A stretch of DNA of 64,000 nt from positions 744,001 to 808,000 of the forward strand of contig LSRY02000022.1 in assembly GCA_001643675.2 (NCBI GenBank), read 5' to 3'. Source of the DNA: Monocercomonoides exilis PA203. Its lineage: Eukaryota > Protista > Preaxostyla. The notes beneath the pieces were generated by a model. That model was not told where the DNA came from. It ran no database searches and saw only the letters and a list, made by a program, of their open reading frames with translations. This document shows positions 51,922 to 64,000 of this stretch, piece after piece (position 1 is the stretch's first letter; each line of letters starts with the position of its first letter). A program made the position numbers and the translations under genes.

Positions 51922-52682
51922 TTTCATGAAAATTAAATTCGATAAACGCGAGTTCAAATGTTACATAGGAATTCAGCAATTAAAATCTGGATAAGAATAC
52001 AAAAACAATGTGGAAAAAATGCCACTATACTTTTCAAAAATTATAATTCTTTGTGATGATTTGATGGAGAAAGAAATTAACTTCTATGAGCAATATTTTT
52101 TTCAACTTGATATATGGTTGTATTTTTTCTTATTTTCAAAAGTTCAAAATGAACGAATTTTTCTTTTCATTAATCAACATTGAAGAAAAAAGTGTATTAT
52201 TTGAGTCAAGAGCAATTACAAACTTGTATTTTTTCAAATTAGATTCTTCCTTTTTTTTACGTTGATTATAAAAGAAAAATTGATCGCTTCACAATTTAGA
52301 TAAACAAATGCTTTGTTCAAGGATGAGAAAAGCAAAAATACAAAAGCATGAAATATCAATAAAATCTGAAAAGCAAAAAACAAATAAATATGGGTGGTTA
52401 TTTTTGAAAACATAACTTTTTTCGGGGTGATTATTTTCCAAAATAGTTGATTTTTGGAAATAAATTTGTTAACAAATGCACAATTCATGACGATTGTGTT
52501 AATAATTTGTGTTTTTTCTCAAATAAAGATGATGATTTCTTTTATAAGTTTTTTCCTTTTTCAGTGTTCTTTTGTTGATATTCAAGTGAAATTTTCGAAC
52601 TGAAATTTTAGAATGAAAAAATATGATTTCAAAAATAATCGCCCATATTCTCAATGATTTTTGAAAAAAATATTAATTTCAT

Positions 52683-53823
52683 TTTCCTCTTATCTAAACA
52701 TAACACAATCCATATATGAAATCTTCGAAAAGTTCTACTTCTATCTCTTCATATAGATTTCATCGTATCTCTTTCAGCTTCACTTCCTTCTATTCATTTT
52801 CCGTCTTTTCTTTCAATCTTTCTCATATTTCTTTGAAAGGGAGTTACCATCAATCATGATGTCTCTCTCACTGGATTCAAATACTTCCTCCAAATTAGCA
52901 TCAATTGCTCCACTTTTCAGCGAATCCTCAATCTGCGCATCTGAGCGATGAAATGATATACCTAATGTTTCAATGCATTCATCACATGTTTCTCAACAAT
53001 TATCTTTCCTTGCTCGATTCAAACGAGAAATATCTCCAATAAGCCCAGTAAATGCTTCATTTCACAATCAACAACATCGAAATAAATCAAAAATTGATGG
53101 AGCAATCTTCCAACACAAGCAATACTTTTGCTTTTCTCTCTTTTTTATTTCTCTCTTCCGATACACACATTTCATCAGATATTCCAGTTCTCTTTTTGCT
53201 TCTCTTTCAAAACTCTACTCATTCACGTTGACATCTTCCAAACTCCTTTTTTCAAAAAATCAACTAAATAAAAATACCCAAGCCAATTGATAGGCAAGAT
53301 GAGTGAGGATGAAATGTACCTGATTATTCTTGAAAATCTCTTTGATGTTATCTGGGTTTGATCTTTTTCAAATCCCTTATCAAAAAATGAGAATGATATT
53401 TGAAAATGTCAAAAATGAAAGAAAAATTGTCACACTGTATTTCTAATATTTTTCAATTCCATCAAGATAATTTCAATTTTCTTTCTTCTTTGCTTTCCAT
53501 TTTGTTCAAAACATTAAACAGATGGTACAAAACACGTAATTCAAGTGAATCCAGCGCAGAGTTGCGACTAAGAGAAACATTGCATTGACATGGATCACTC
53601 ACTTGCTCTCCCTTCTTTTTCTTATTTCTTTTCATTTCATGAAGGACATCGAACATTTCATCCTATAATAGATTTCTATTCTTCTTTATTCATTTCATCG
53701 TTCATTGAATTCTTTTCAAATATTATCTACTTCTTTTCTCTTCATTTCAATCTAACAAACCAGAAAAATAAATCTATTCAAAATAATAAAAAATATCCGA
53801 ACATCAAGAAATCATACACAACA
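52683..53823 (-). pseudogene. Mirror copy of the decayed hypothetical-family gene
   Basis: Reverse complement of ~35500-36640. Confidence 0.45.
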
Positions 53824-54808
53824 GCAACTGCATTCTCGTGATCTAATTTGTGTCGTTTCTTTCCAGCATTTTAGCAATGGATGTCAATCAGAAAGTGCTG
53901 ATAAAAAGTTATTCAAACTTTATGCAAGAAAGCTTTTTAAAAGAAAATAAAATAGGTAGAAAATAATTAAAATTGACAAAAATAAATGCTCTTAAACCGG
54001 TTTTAATTGCATTTTTGTTTTCAATCCATATGTGTCGAGAAACCTTGAAAATGATTTGATCATTTGCGTAAGTGAGTATTAATCAATGTGAAAATTTCAA
54101 AAACAGAAAAATATTTCTATAATATTGTTAAATATTGTTTGTTGATTAAGTGTGAACCAATTGTTTTTGATTATTACATTGTTTCACTAAAATACAGAAA
54201 GTTCAAAATGCCAAAAAAGTGAAATTCAACAGGTATGAGTCAAAACTCTGATATAAATGGATGCAAATGTTCGCTGAACGTTTATCTTCATGCTAAAATT
54301 CATTATTATTAGAAAACGATTCATTTTCACATTCGAAGGAAAATGATAAAAATAATTAAAAAAACTCACAAAAAAAAAGCTTTATTTATGAAAAACATAA
54401 CATAATATTTAATGTTGATGCATTTTTGGCTTCGACATGTAAAAAATGTTTTTTTGATAAATGCAAGACTTTCAGGTCACAATTGAAAAAAACTGGTTTT
54501 TCTTAAAAACACTGCCTTTTATTTAAAATTACTGGGGAATCTTGAAATAAATAAAACATTTTGAAATATTTTTTTATTTCACAATTTATCTAATAATTCA
54601 AAATTATGTCAATTATAATAAATTGTTTTTTGAAAAACATAAAATTTCCTGTTTATTGAGTTTTATTATAACTGAGCAACACTCCATTTAAATGCATTGA
54701 CTTTTATAGTCATAATGCCCAAAGAAAAAAAGAAATAAAAATTAACCCTTTACTAATTAATTTATTTATAATTTTTGCGTTTTATTTCATTGAGACGAGT
54801 AGAGTCTC

Positions 54809-57800
54809 GCTGTTAGTTCACGGCAACGGCACATTACACAAACGGAAGAAGTAAGGTGGCAGTCTCATTTTGAGGTGTTTGGCTCGGAACTGGAAGGATT
54901 GAAAAGTGAATTTGAGTTAAAATATTTATTTTATGTTCCGGAGGGAAGATATATTTTACTGAGATGGTTTTTAAGGAATTGCAAACCAAACAATGGAATG
55001 AAGTATCAAGGGTTTACGAAATTTTGCGAACGTTTTCTGCCAACAATTAAAGAAGAAGATATTCACTTCATTTTTGAGCTTTTGCGTTTGTATATCATTG
55101 TTACTTTATTCCACTTCAGTAAATTTAATGATAAAATTAAATTATCGATTTTCAACTGTTTGACTTCAGGAAGCGAAAAGGATGAGCTAATATATTTTGA
55201 TTCGTTTTATTTTTTTATTGAGTTGTGGGCGGCATATGAAGGACAAATCCTTGGAAAAATCTTGTATGACAATTATCATTTTATTTAAATAAAGTATTCC
55301 TGAAATGCACCTTCAATGCGTTTGCATGTTTATAAACATTTTATAAAAAATATTTTGTTGAATAATTATATTTGTTAAACAAAATTTATCGATTTCTTGA
55401 TTATTTAGACAAAAAATATATAACGCCTTGTATACAATTCTTGCGTGTGTGGAACGCTGCGAGCTTAGAAGTAAAAACATGCCAATCAACAGCGTGATTA
55501 CGTCGATGGCGTATATCTTTGGAGGGGTTACATGGGAAGGGATATCGGAAGAAGAGGTGGAAAAACTGCATGAACGTACAGAGAAGATGTTGAAGGAGGC
55601 CCAAGACTATCGAAAAATTACTCCATGTATTGATAGTACAGTAAGTGAGCTTGTTTCCGAAAAAAAACAGGAACTTAGAAGAAATGAGGAGTTCAAGAGC
55701 ACTTTGGATGATGATCGCGAGAATCTGGTTGGAAAATTGGTACGTGTTCTGAAGCAGCTGCTCCTGTGGTCAGACAAAGCTTACGAGGCCGCCACAAGCG
55801 AGGCAAAACGCTGTAGCAACTGTCGGCTTATTCCTGCTGAACATCCAGTTCCAGATTCATGCTACGTTGCATGCAGCATGCCTGGCATGGCAGACGATCA
55901 GTTCAAGCTTCGGAGCATAGGACCGGCAAGCAGTTTGCGTCTGACACCTTCTTTTGTGCTGTCATCGCCGCGTCTTGTGCCTTCGCTGGTAATATCACAC
56001 GAGCCGAACTTACATCTATCGGCTCGCTCTTCTGCTTCCTCGTGCAATGCACAGTCTATCTCTGCCTCAATTCCTTTTTCTTCTTCCTCCTCTTCTTCCT
56101 CTGGACAGACTTCTCTTCCTTCTTCAGCCTCGTCGAACAATTCTTCGACTCCTCGCAGCTCTTGCCAGGTTCCCTCTGCATCTCCGCTTACTCTTCTGCA
56201 TCCTCTTTCTCCTCCTGCACAGACACTGTTTTCTCTGCATTCATCGCTTTCCTCGCAGTATACCCCCACCGCTCTGTCGCCTGTGTCAAACCGCTCGATC
56301 CTTTCCCCGTTTCTTACGCCTTCTGCTGAGGCAGGATCTGTCAGGAGACAATCGCTTTCAACGACACTCACTTCTCCTGTCATGTCACCTGTTCCTCTGC
56401 TGCCGCTGATGGGGAGCCCAGGCTCATTCTCTTCAGTTTCTTTCTCATCATCATCATCATCATCTTCTTCTTCTTCTTTACCTTCTTCTTCTTCTTCTAC
56501 TACTACTTCTTCTTCTTCAGCTGCCATACCTCTCGTTCCCTTGTCTTTTGCAGCTGCTCCGAGCTTATCTGAGCATTCAACCACTTTGCACGGATTTGAT
56601 TCCTCAAAGATGCAACAGATTTCTGGAGGCGATGATGGAGTGAGCTGCAATTGCGTATGCTCCTATTGCGAAGATGCGACATGTGCTCTGTTTGTGCTTA
56701 TGGTAGTAGAATGCTTGACACCTTGCTGTGAGCACCCTCAACTGTCAGCATCAATTGTGCAATTGTTTTCTTCTTCAACTTCTTCAATTCCATCTATTCC
56801 TTCGTGTAAATCCTCTGCCCGTAACAATGTCTTCCACTCACATCGCGACTGTGCACATCTTCTGCATCATTCCCATATCCACGCACACTCCCACAGCCAT
56901 TCACATTCGCATTTACACACTCACAACCACTCAGGTTCATCCAAACATTTGAATTATATATATTCTCCGACTTTTTCATCATCATCATCATCATCTTCTT
57001 CTTCTTCTTCTTCTTCTTCTTCTTCCTTCTCCTCCTCCTCTTCTGCTTCTTCTAATTTAACTTATTCTTCCCCTTCTCATTCTTCTTCTTCTTCTTCTTC
57101 TTCTTCTTCTTCTTCTTCTTCTTCTTCTTCTACTTCTACTTCTACTTCTTTAGCTTCCAAGCATTCTCTGGCTTCCTCCACATCAACATCCACAGCAGCA
57201 TCCAGCAATGCTGCCAACATTAACACGAACACGACTTCTGTTACCAACACATCCACCACCCTCACCTCGATCACAGCTGCATGTTCAGACGATTCCTCGT
57301 TGGAATCGACGCTTCCGGGGTCTGCCAAGTGCAGGATCGGGAGGTGCAAGGCGGAGGAAGAGCAGTCTGCAGTTGTGCTGCATGAGCGCGATGCGCAAAG
57401 TGGCGGGGCATCTGGGCCTGTGGAGTCGTACAGCGTGGCACAGATTTCGATCCCGCGGTTGGAGTCTCTACAGCAGACTGTGACACATTCGCTGAATACT
57501 CTGAGACAGGACGAGCAGAAGGCAACGACTGCAACGATTCCGATGCCAATTTCGATACCAATGGCGATGGAGACGACGATGGAGGCGACGATGCCTGATC
57601 AGGAGTGTGGGAACAAGCTGGACGAGGGAGCAAGAGAATGTGAAAGAGAAGAGGAAGACGAAAAGGATGATGAGGCTGTCAATGAGGTTGTTGATGATGG
57701 AAGGGAAGAATGCGATGAGGAAGGAAAGGAGATGGATCATGAAGAAGGTGATGGAATCTTGCTTTCTCCCTTTGCCTTCTCCTCCTCCTCATCATCATCT

Positions 57801-60800
57801 TCATCATCATCATCTTCTTCTTCTTCTTCGACTTGTTCATGCGAACAACGCGCTCTGAAAGCAACACAACAGCGACATGAAACAGAAACTGGAACAGGTC
57901 CATCACCACAGAAAGAGAAATTGAAGTCAAAGACGAAAATGAACACAGGCAATGAACATGCACGCGCTCATCAAGATTGTCATCCACATCAATTGCATCA
58001 TCGTCATCATCACCTTCATCACCAACACCACAGCCATCACAGCAATCAAGGCAGCAAACAGTGCCACAAGTCCCAGCAAATGCTGCAGCAACAATCTCGA
58101 CAACAATCTCGGCAGCAGCCACAATTGCCGTCTAACCATCATCATCATCATCATTCAGAGGGAGTCAACAGGCAGCATCGCAGGCACAACTGCTCTGATG
58201 AGCGTTCACATGGAACTGAGACGGCTGCGTCATCTTGTTCCCCCAGGAACATAGCGAAGCGGATGAGCATAATTGTGCCTGCGGAGCAGCTGTTTGCGAG
58301 CGAGCATCGGTTTGAGAAGGAATCTCTTCCGCCCTCTCCTTTTCCGAAGGACAACCCACAGTTTGTGAGCACGCTAGCAGCAGAAACAGGGGCAGAGACA
58401 GATGCAGAAGCCAAAGCAGAGACAGACATCGGACGCGAAGGGGATGGGCCTGGTTTGGTCAAAAGCGCAACGCTATTGTTGTCTAATTCTTCCTCCTCTT
58501 CCTCCTCTTCTTTGCCACTTCGGTTGCTTCAACAACAGAATGCGCATCTTTCTGCTTCAGACAATCCTTTGCCAGGCTGCTCGGAAACTCCTGAGCTTGG
58601 TGACCAACCCCTTTCATTTTCTCCACCTCCCCTTCCGACACATGCACCGCCTCTCTCTCCTCTTCTTGTGGCTGCGTCTCCTTCCTCTTCCTCTTCCTCT
58701 TTCTCTTCCTCTCCCACTCGCACCTCTTCACACACCCACACATCAACATTCACAACAACGGCAACGGCAACAGCAACTGCCCCCACCTCTGCTTCAGCCC
58801 CTGCTTCATCCCCTGCCTCTGCCTCTGCATTGGCATGTGCACATGGGATGACAGTCTCATCGGTGTCTCCTTCTGCTGCGTCGTTGCCTTCTTCGTCATC
58901 AGCTACTTTGGCTGTGTCTGCATCAGCATCAGCGTCAGTCTCAGCAATCGCAACAGCTTCTGCATCTGCATCTGCATCTGCATCTGTGCTGCACTCACAA
59001 AATTCGGAGTACATGAACTCGACAACACGCTATTCGCAGGCGTTTCCTGTGAGCGGGTCGTCGGTGCTGCTTTCTCCGACACTGTTGCAGAAGAAATATT
59101 CGCCGACGAATTCGTCTTCATCATCAGCATCTTTGCTGCCTATGCTTTCGGGCTCTTTGGCTCCTCTGTCGCCGTTAGTGCGTCAGGTGGTCACAGTTAA
59201 GGGAGAGATGCTTCCAGGAGGCAGGAGAGAGAAGGAGAAGGAGAAGGAGAGTGAAAAGGAGAAGGGAAGGGAGAATGGCAGGGAGACAGAAGAAGAAGAG
59301 GAAAGCAGAGAGGGTGGAAATGGAGAGACGAACTCTTCTTCACCGTCTTATACTTGTTCTTCCTCTTCCGGCAGATCAGATTCTCCAACGTCTATTTCAT
59401 CTGCATCGACCAGTGGCTCATATTCATCAACTTCCTTTGCTTCTCCAACTGCTTCCTTTTCTTCCTCATGTTCCTTGTCTTTTTCGGCGCCGTCGCCTTC
59501 TTCTTCTTTTTCATCGTCTTCTCCAGCGTCCTCCTCATCTTCATCGTTTTCATCGTCATTCTCTGTGTCATCTGGACTGATCAATCTGAAGCTGAGGCAG
59601 GTGGATGCACTGAGAAGCGGGTCATTTGAAGTGTATTTGGAGCTGGAGCGGAAGATCAACAGGGCAGAAGTGAGGAAGGGACAAAAGGGTGGGAAGGGTG
59701 GGAAGAGGAGAAGAAGGAGAGTTGGGGAGAAGAAGAAGAAGAAGAAGAAGGAATGCGAAGAGGGGAGAGAAACAGAAAAGAGGGGAAGAGGAGATGAGCA
59801 GGATGGGAGTGAAAAGATGAAATATTCTGATTATCTGGCTAGTTCTCCTTCTTCCTCTTTTTCTTCCTCATCTTCTTCTCAAACACACTCTGATTCGAAT
59901 TCGGATTCAGATTCAGATTCGGACTGCTATTCACGTTCGACAATGCGGAGCGATGGGGATGAGGATGGGAGTCGGGAGAGCAGCAAGCATGGAGTCAGGA
60001 GCAGACGTAAGGCCTTTGGAGAGACAGATGGGCTGTGCAGGAAAACATCAGAGAGCAGGGCAAAAAAAAGGGGGATGGACAAGGAGAAAGAGAGGAAGAG
60101 GAAAAGGAAGAGGAAGAGAAAGGAAGAGAAGAAGAAAGAGAAAAAATTGTCTTTTGGATCATTGAGCGGGAAGGCATGTTTTGAGGTGAGCTCGCAGGGA
60201 TCAGTGTTGCGTACGGATGCGCCTTCCACGCCGATCTATCCTGTGCATCACAAACAGTGGGGGGAGGAGGAAGAGAAGGGAGAGAAAGGAGAAGGAGAAG
60301 GAGAAGGAGAAGGAGAAGGAGAAGGAGAAGGAGAGCAGAGCCAATCGCAACAAGCTTTCACTTTGAATGAAGTTCCATTGTTTCTGCCTTCATCTACTTC
60401 TTCTTCCACTTCCACTTCCACTTCCTCTTCCTCTTCATCAAGTTCTTTTCGAGCGGCCGATGTGCCTTCTGCACGATTATCATGCGTGTCTGAAAGGGGG
60501 ATGGTGCTGTATGATGGTGGTGTTTTGTCTTCGGAAAGTGGGAAGAAATGTGAAGTTGGGGAGATTAGTAACCCTCAGTTTGCGGAGCGGCAAGGGCCAA
60601 ATGAGTTGTTGTTGTTTGAAAGAAGCAGCCCACCACAAGCATCATCCTCATCCTCATCCTCATCTTCATCATCATCATCATCAATAGCGACAGCGGCATT
60701 GCTCAAGCACGCCCATCAGCCATCCAGCGTCTCTTCCTCGTCTGTTCAGCCTTTCCATCCGGCATCTCCCTTTTTCTCGTTTGCATCGCTGAGTGCTGAG

Positions 60801-61480
60801 TGTTCGTTTTCGCCGATGTCGTCATCTCTGAATGTGCTGCCAGGGCTGTCGTCGCTGTGTGTATCTGATGGGGTGGCGCCTCCGCTGCTTGTGGCAGCAG
60901 AGATTGAGAGTGCGCACAGGTCGAGGCACTGCACGATCTCGCTGATTCCACACTCGAAAACACCCGGGCGAGAAGCATCGGGGGAGACAGGGGAGACAGA
61001 GGAGACAGGGGTGCGGGTAATGAATGGGCACCAGCCTGCTTCTTCTTTGTCTTCCAATTGTCTTGTTGGAGGCAAGAATTCGAAACATCCAGCAGCAAAA
61101 GCGGTGCATCCACTTGCATGCTCCTCAACAGCATCTCCATGTCTCTTGCCATCAAGTGAGGCATCAAGCGAATCCACACAGGCACAGGCGCAGGCGTCAA
61201 AGGATAAAGGAGGGAAAGGGAAGAGGTTGGAAGAAGAAGAGGATTTGAAGAGGAGCAAAAGAGGAGAAGAAGAAAAAGAAGAAAGAGAAGATGGAGAAAG
61301 TGGATGTGCATCAGAATGCTCAGAGTCATCGGCCTTTTCATCACCATCCACACAGACCTCTCTGTCCACTCAGCACACCAGAAACGAGTTGTCGAGGCAG
61401 CAGTTGTCGGGGATGGGGTGCGAGATGAAGCCATATTCTCCGTTTGCTGGAACTCCCACTGGTGTGATGGCGTATTTGGC

Positions 61481-61513
<33 letters not shown>

Positions 61514-64000
61514 TGGTTGCTGTGGTGCTGCTTTGACGTCTTCTTCATTTGGGCCAGCTGTTGGTGGCTGTGTGTCGCTCACTTCGTTCACCTCTTTGGC
61601 GTCTGTCGTGACAGCGTCGTCTTCCACTGTCACATGCTCTGCATCCGAGTCATCCCAATCATCCTCTTCGTCATCATCATGTCCATCATCATTATCTGCA
61701 ACAACCTCTGCCTCCACATCTCACACAAACAACATCACGCCCTCTTCTCACAACTCGACAGGCAGCTACAAGTCGTCTGTTCTGCCTGCGCCTTCGTCGC
61801 GCATTGTGAGTCCGTCTTCGGTATCAACGACTTCGTTTGACACAAACTTTGTTCCATTTACAAGACAATCGTCGACCCTGTCACAGCAGCTTGTCTCACA
61901 GTCCTTTTACCCTTCTTCTTCTTCTTCTTCTACTTCTTCCTCTTCCACTTTTCCATCTCCTGCTCATTCAATAAACACTCCCAACACACAAAATACCCCA
62001 AGCGCCTCCTTATCCATTGCATCCTCAGCCACTCGCCAAGAACAGTCAGCATCATCGGCAACAGCATCCATTCGTATTTCACCTTCTTCCAACGCCTCTT
62101 CTGGCCTGGATCTTCGCAGGCAGTTTTCGGATGAGGTGAAGAAGGTTGGAGGAAGCAGCTGTTATGGAGAGGGTAAGAAGAGGGTGCACCACAAAGGAAG
62201 GAAAGAAAAAGAAGAAGAAAAAGAAGAAGAGACTGAAAAAGATGATGATGATGGAGATGAAGTCAAAGGGAAGAAGAAGGGCAGTCCGACATCAGCATCG
62301 GAGACAGCCAGGCCGAACGAAGAAAGACAAAAACTGCATTCGTCAGGGATGGGTGGTGACTTTGGGGGATGGAACTGGCAGAAAGAAAGCGAGAAGCGAA
62401 GAAGAAGGAAGAGGAAAGGAGAAGGAGGGCAGGCAGACATCAAGCGGATGATGAAGGACTTTATGGGGGAGCTGCACAATGCGAACGAAGAGGTGATGTT
62501 TTCGTCGCCATCGAACAAAAGGCTGATGTCACCGCGGCTATTGATGCGGCAGGCAGCGAAAGAACTGCGGAAGAAGGAGAAGGAAAAAGAGAAAGAAAAG
62601 GAAAAGAAGGATGAAGAGAACAAGATGGATGTCAAATCGAGTGACCATTTGGGGCTTTCTCTCACAAACACTTCCCTGCCATCATCATCAGCAGGGTCGT
62701 CTTCATCTTTTTCGTGTTCATTGGAAACTGCATCAACACCTCCTATGTTCACAAGCTCGGGATCATCGGCAGGTGGCTTTGTGGAGAGTGGACAGAAGGA
62801 GAAAGAGAAAGAGGAAGAGGAAGAGGAAGATGATGATGATGATGAGCTGCTGAAGATGCTTGGCGGAGAAGCATGGAGCAGAAAAAAGGAGTTTGAGCAG
62901 GAACATATGCAGGGTGTGAAGTTACAAAGTGGAATCCTGGACCAGAACGGGGAAGGAAAAGGGAATAAGAATGGAGAAGATGTGGAAGTGGAAGTGAAGA
63001 AGAAAGAAGAGAAGAGAAGAGGGATTGGAGCAGGAACGAAAGGAAGAGAAGAAGAAGATGATGACGATGAGGGTGATTTGGATGACAGCGGTTCGATGGC
63101 AGAAACTCCTATACGAAGCAAGTTCTGTTTGCTTTGCCCGATTTTCTGTTTGAAAAGAGGGAAGATGAGAAAGCAGAAAAGAAAGGGGAAGGGGACAACA
63201 GTTGAGGAAGAAGGGGATGAGTTGTGTCTGAAAAGAGATGCGGTAGCGAATGCTGTGGAAGGCAAAGGAAATGGAGGGGAGGAGAAAGATGAGAGAGGAA
63301 ATGAATTGAAAGGGAAAGAGGGGGAGAGAGATGGAGAGGAGGAGGAGGAGGAGGAGGAGGAGAGAGAGGGGATGGAAGCAGGAAAAGTGGCAAGCATGAC
63401 GGAATCTGCATTTGATCAGAATGAGCAAGCAACGCCGCGGAAGATGGATGGACTGGAGGCAAGAGAGATGAATGGGTCGTCTTCGCTGGATTCGATGGCG
63501 TTTGAGCTGAAGAACGGAAGCTGTTCTGGTTCGCATTCACATTCTTCTTCGCGTTCTTCTTCGTCTTTCTCATCAGCTCGCTCGTTTTCTATTTCGTCTT
63601 CTTCGGCATTTGGAACAAGCTCGCTGCAGAAGTTTCTGGACTTGGAGGTGATGATGCAGATTCCGAAGTCAGTGACAACATCTTCCTCTTCTTCTCTTGC
63701 ATCATCATCTTCGTCATCATCATCGTCGTCGTCTCCAACAGTGTCATCGTCTTCATCTTCTTCTGTAGCCTCCTCCTCTTCTGACCCATCTCCCTTCTCC
63801 AATGTGCCTCCCTTTCTTCCACTTCCAGTTCTCCCGCTTCCGTCGAAAAGGCCATCACCCATCCAAATTGAGAGGCACCAGCTGGAGACGATCTTTTCGC
63901 AGGAGTTCCAGGTGACTCCAGCGAGCACATCTGTGACACCCACCACGCATCTGTCAGCTTCATCATCTGCTTCTTCGTTGTTATCATTTGGCAAGCATAA
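54809..64000 (+). CDS. Giant low-complexity protein, right-arm copy, large exon open from ~55409 to the window end
   Basis: Likely acceptor TTTAG ending at 55408, then ...QKIYNALYTILACVERCELR... It reads through the junction as RAKKRGMDKEKERK...KEKKLSFGSLSGK. It is missing from the ORF track, consistent with no stop before 64000. Confidence 0.75.

Larger units (their letters stand above)
46260..64000. repeat. Right arm of giant inverted duplication (continues past the window end)
   Basis: Reverse complement of 25305-43066. Differences seen are homopolymer/microsatellite indels and a few substitutions. Confidence 0.97.

Noticed and set aside
25305-64000. Whole arms interpreted as the TIRs of a giant virus or Polinton
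   Set aside because: The arms contain intron-bearing host-type genes, pseudogenes and a dead transposon. No capsid, PolB, ATPase or integrase genes are seen.

Overview
AT-rich eukaryotic DNA with short GT-AG introns, Ser/Glu-rich giant ORFs and many transposons. Gene families and composition suggest an oxymonad/metamonad protist such as Monocercomonoides, which is an inference. The dominant structure is a giant inverted duplication. The left arm (25305-~43066) is the near-perfect reverse complement of the right arm (~46260-64000, running off the window), so each arm is at least 17.7 kb. The ~3.2-kb centre holds one virus/plasmid-type Prim-Pol + D5-like SF3 helicase gene, now disrupted. It is bracketed by older diverged inverted repeats and by two inward-pointing copies of a 70-aa basic ORF. 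Each arm carries a ~3,800-aa low-complexity gene, two pseudogenes of expanded families and a Harbinger/ISL2EU-type transposase pseudogene. The first 22 kb contain, in order: a Harbinger-type transposase, an intron-containing pogo/DDE_1 transposase with possible Ser-rich cargo, telomere-like repeats, two long-TIR foldback elements (one with a nested MITE), a four-UBL + RING-H2 gene, and a degenerate DIRS-type retrotransposon. All alignments were done by eye and no database searches were run.
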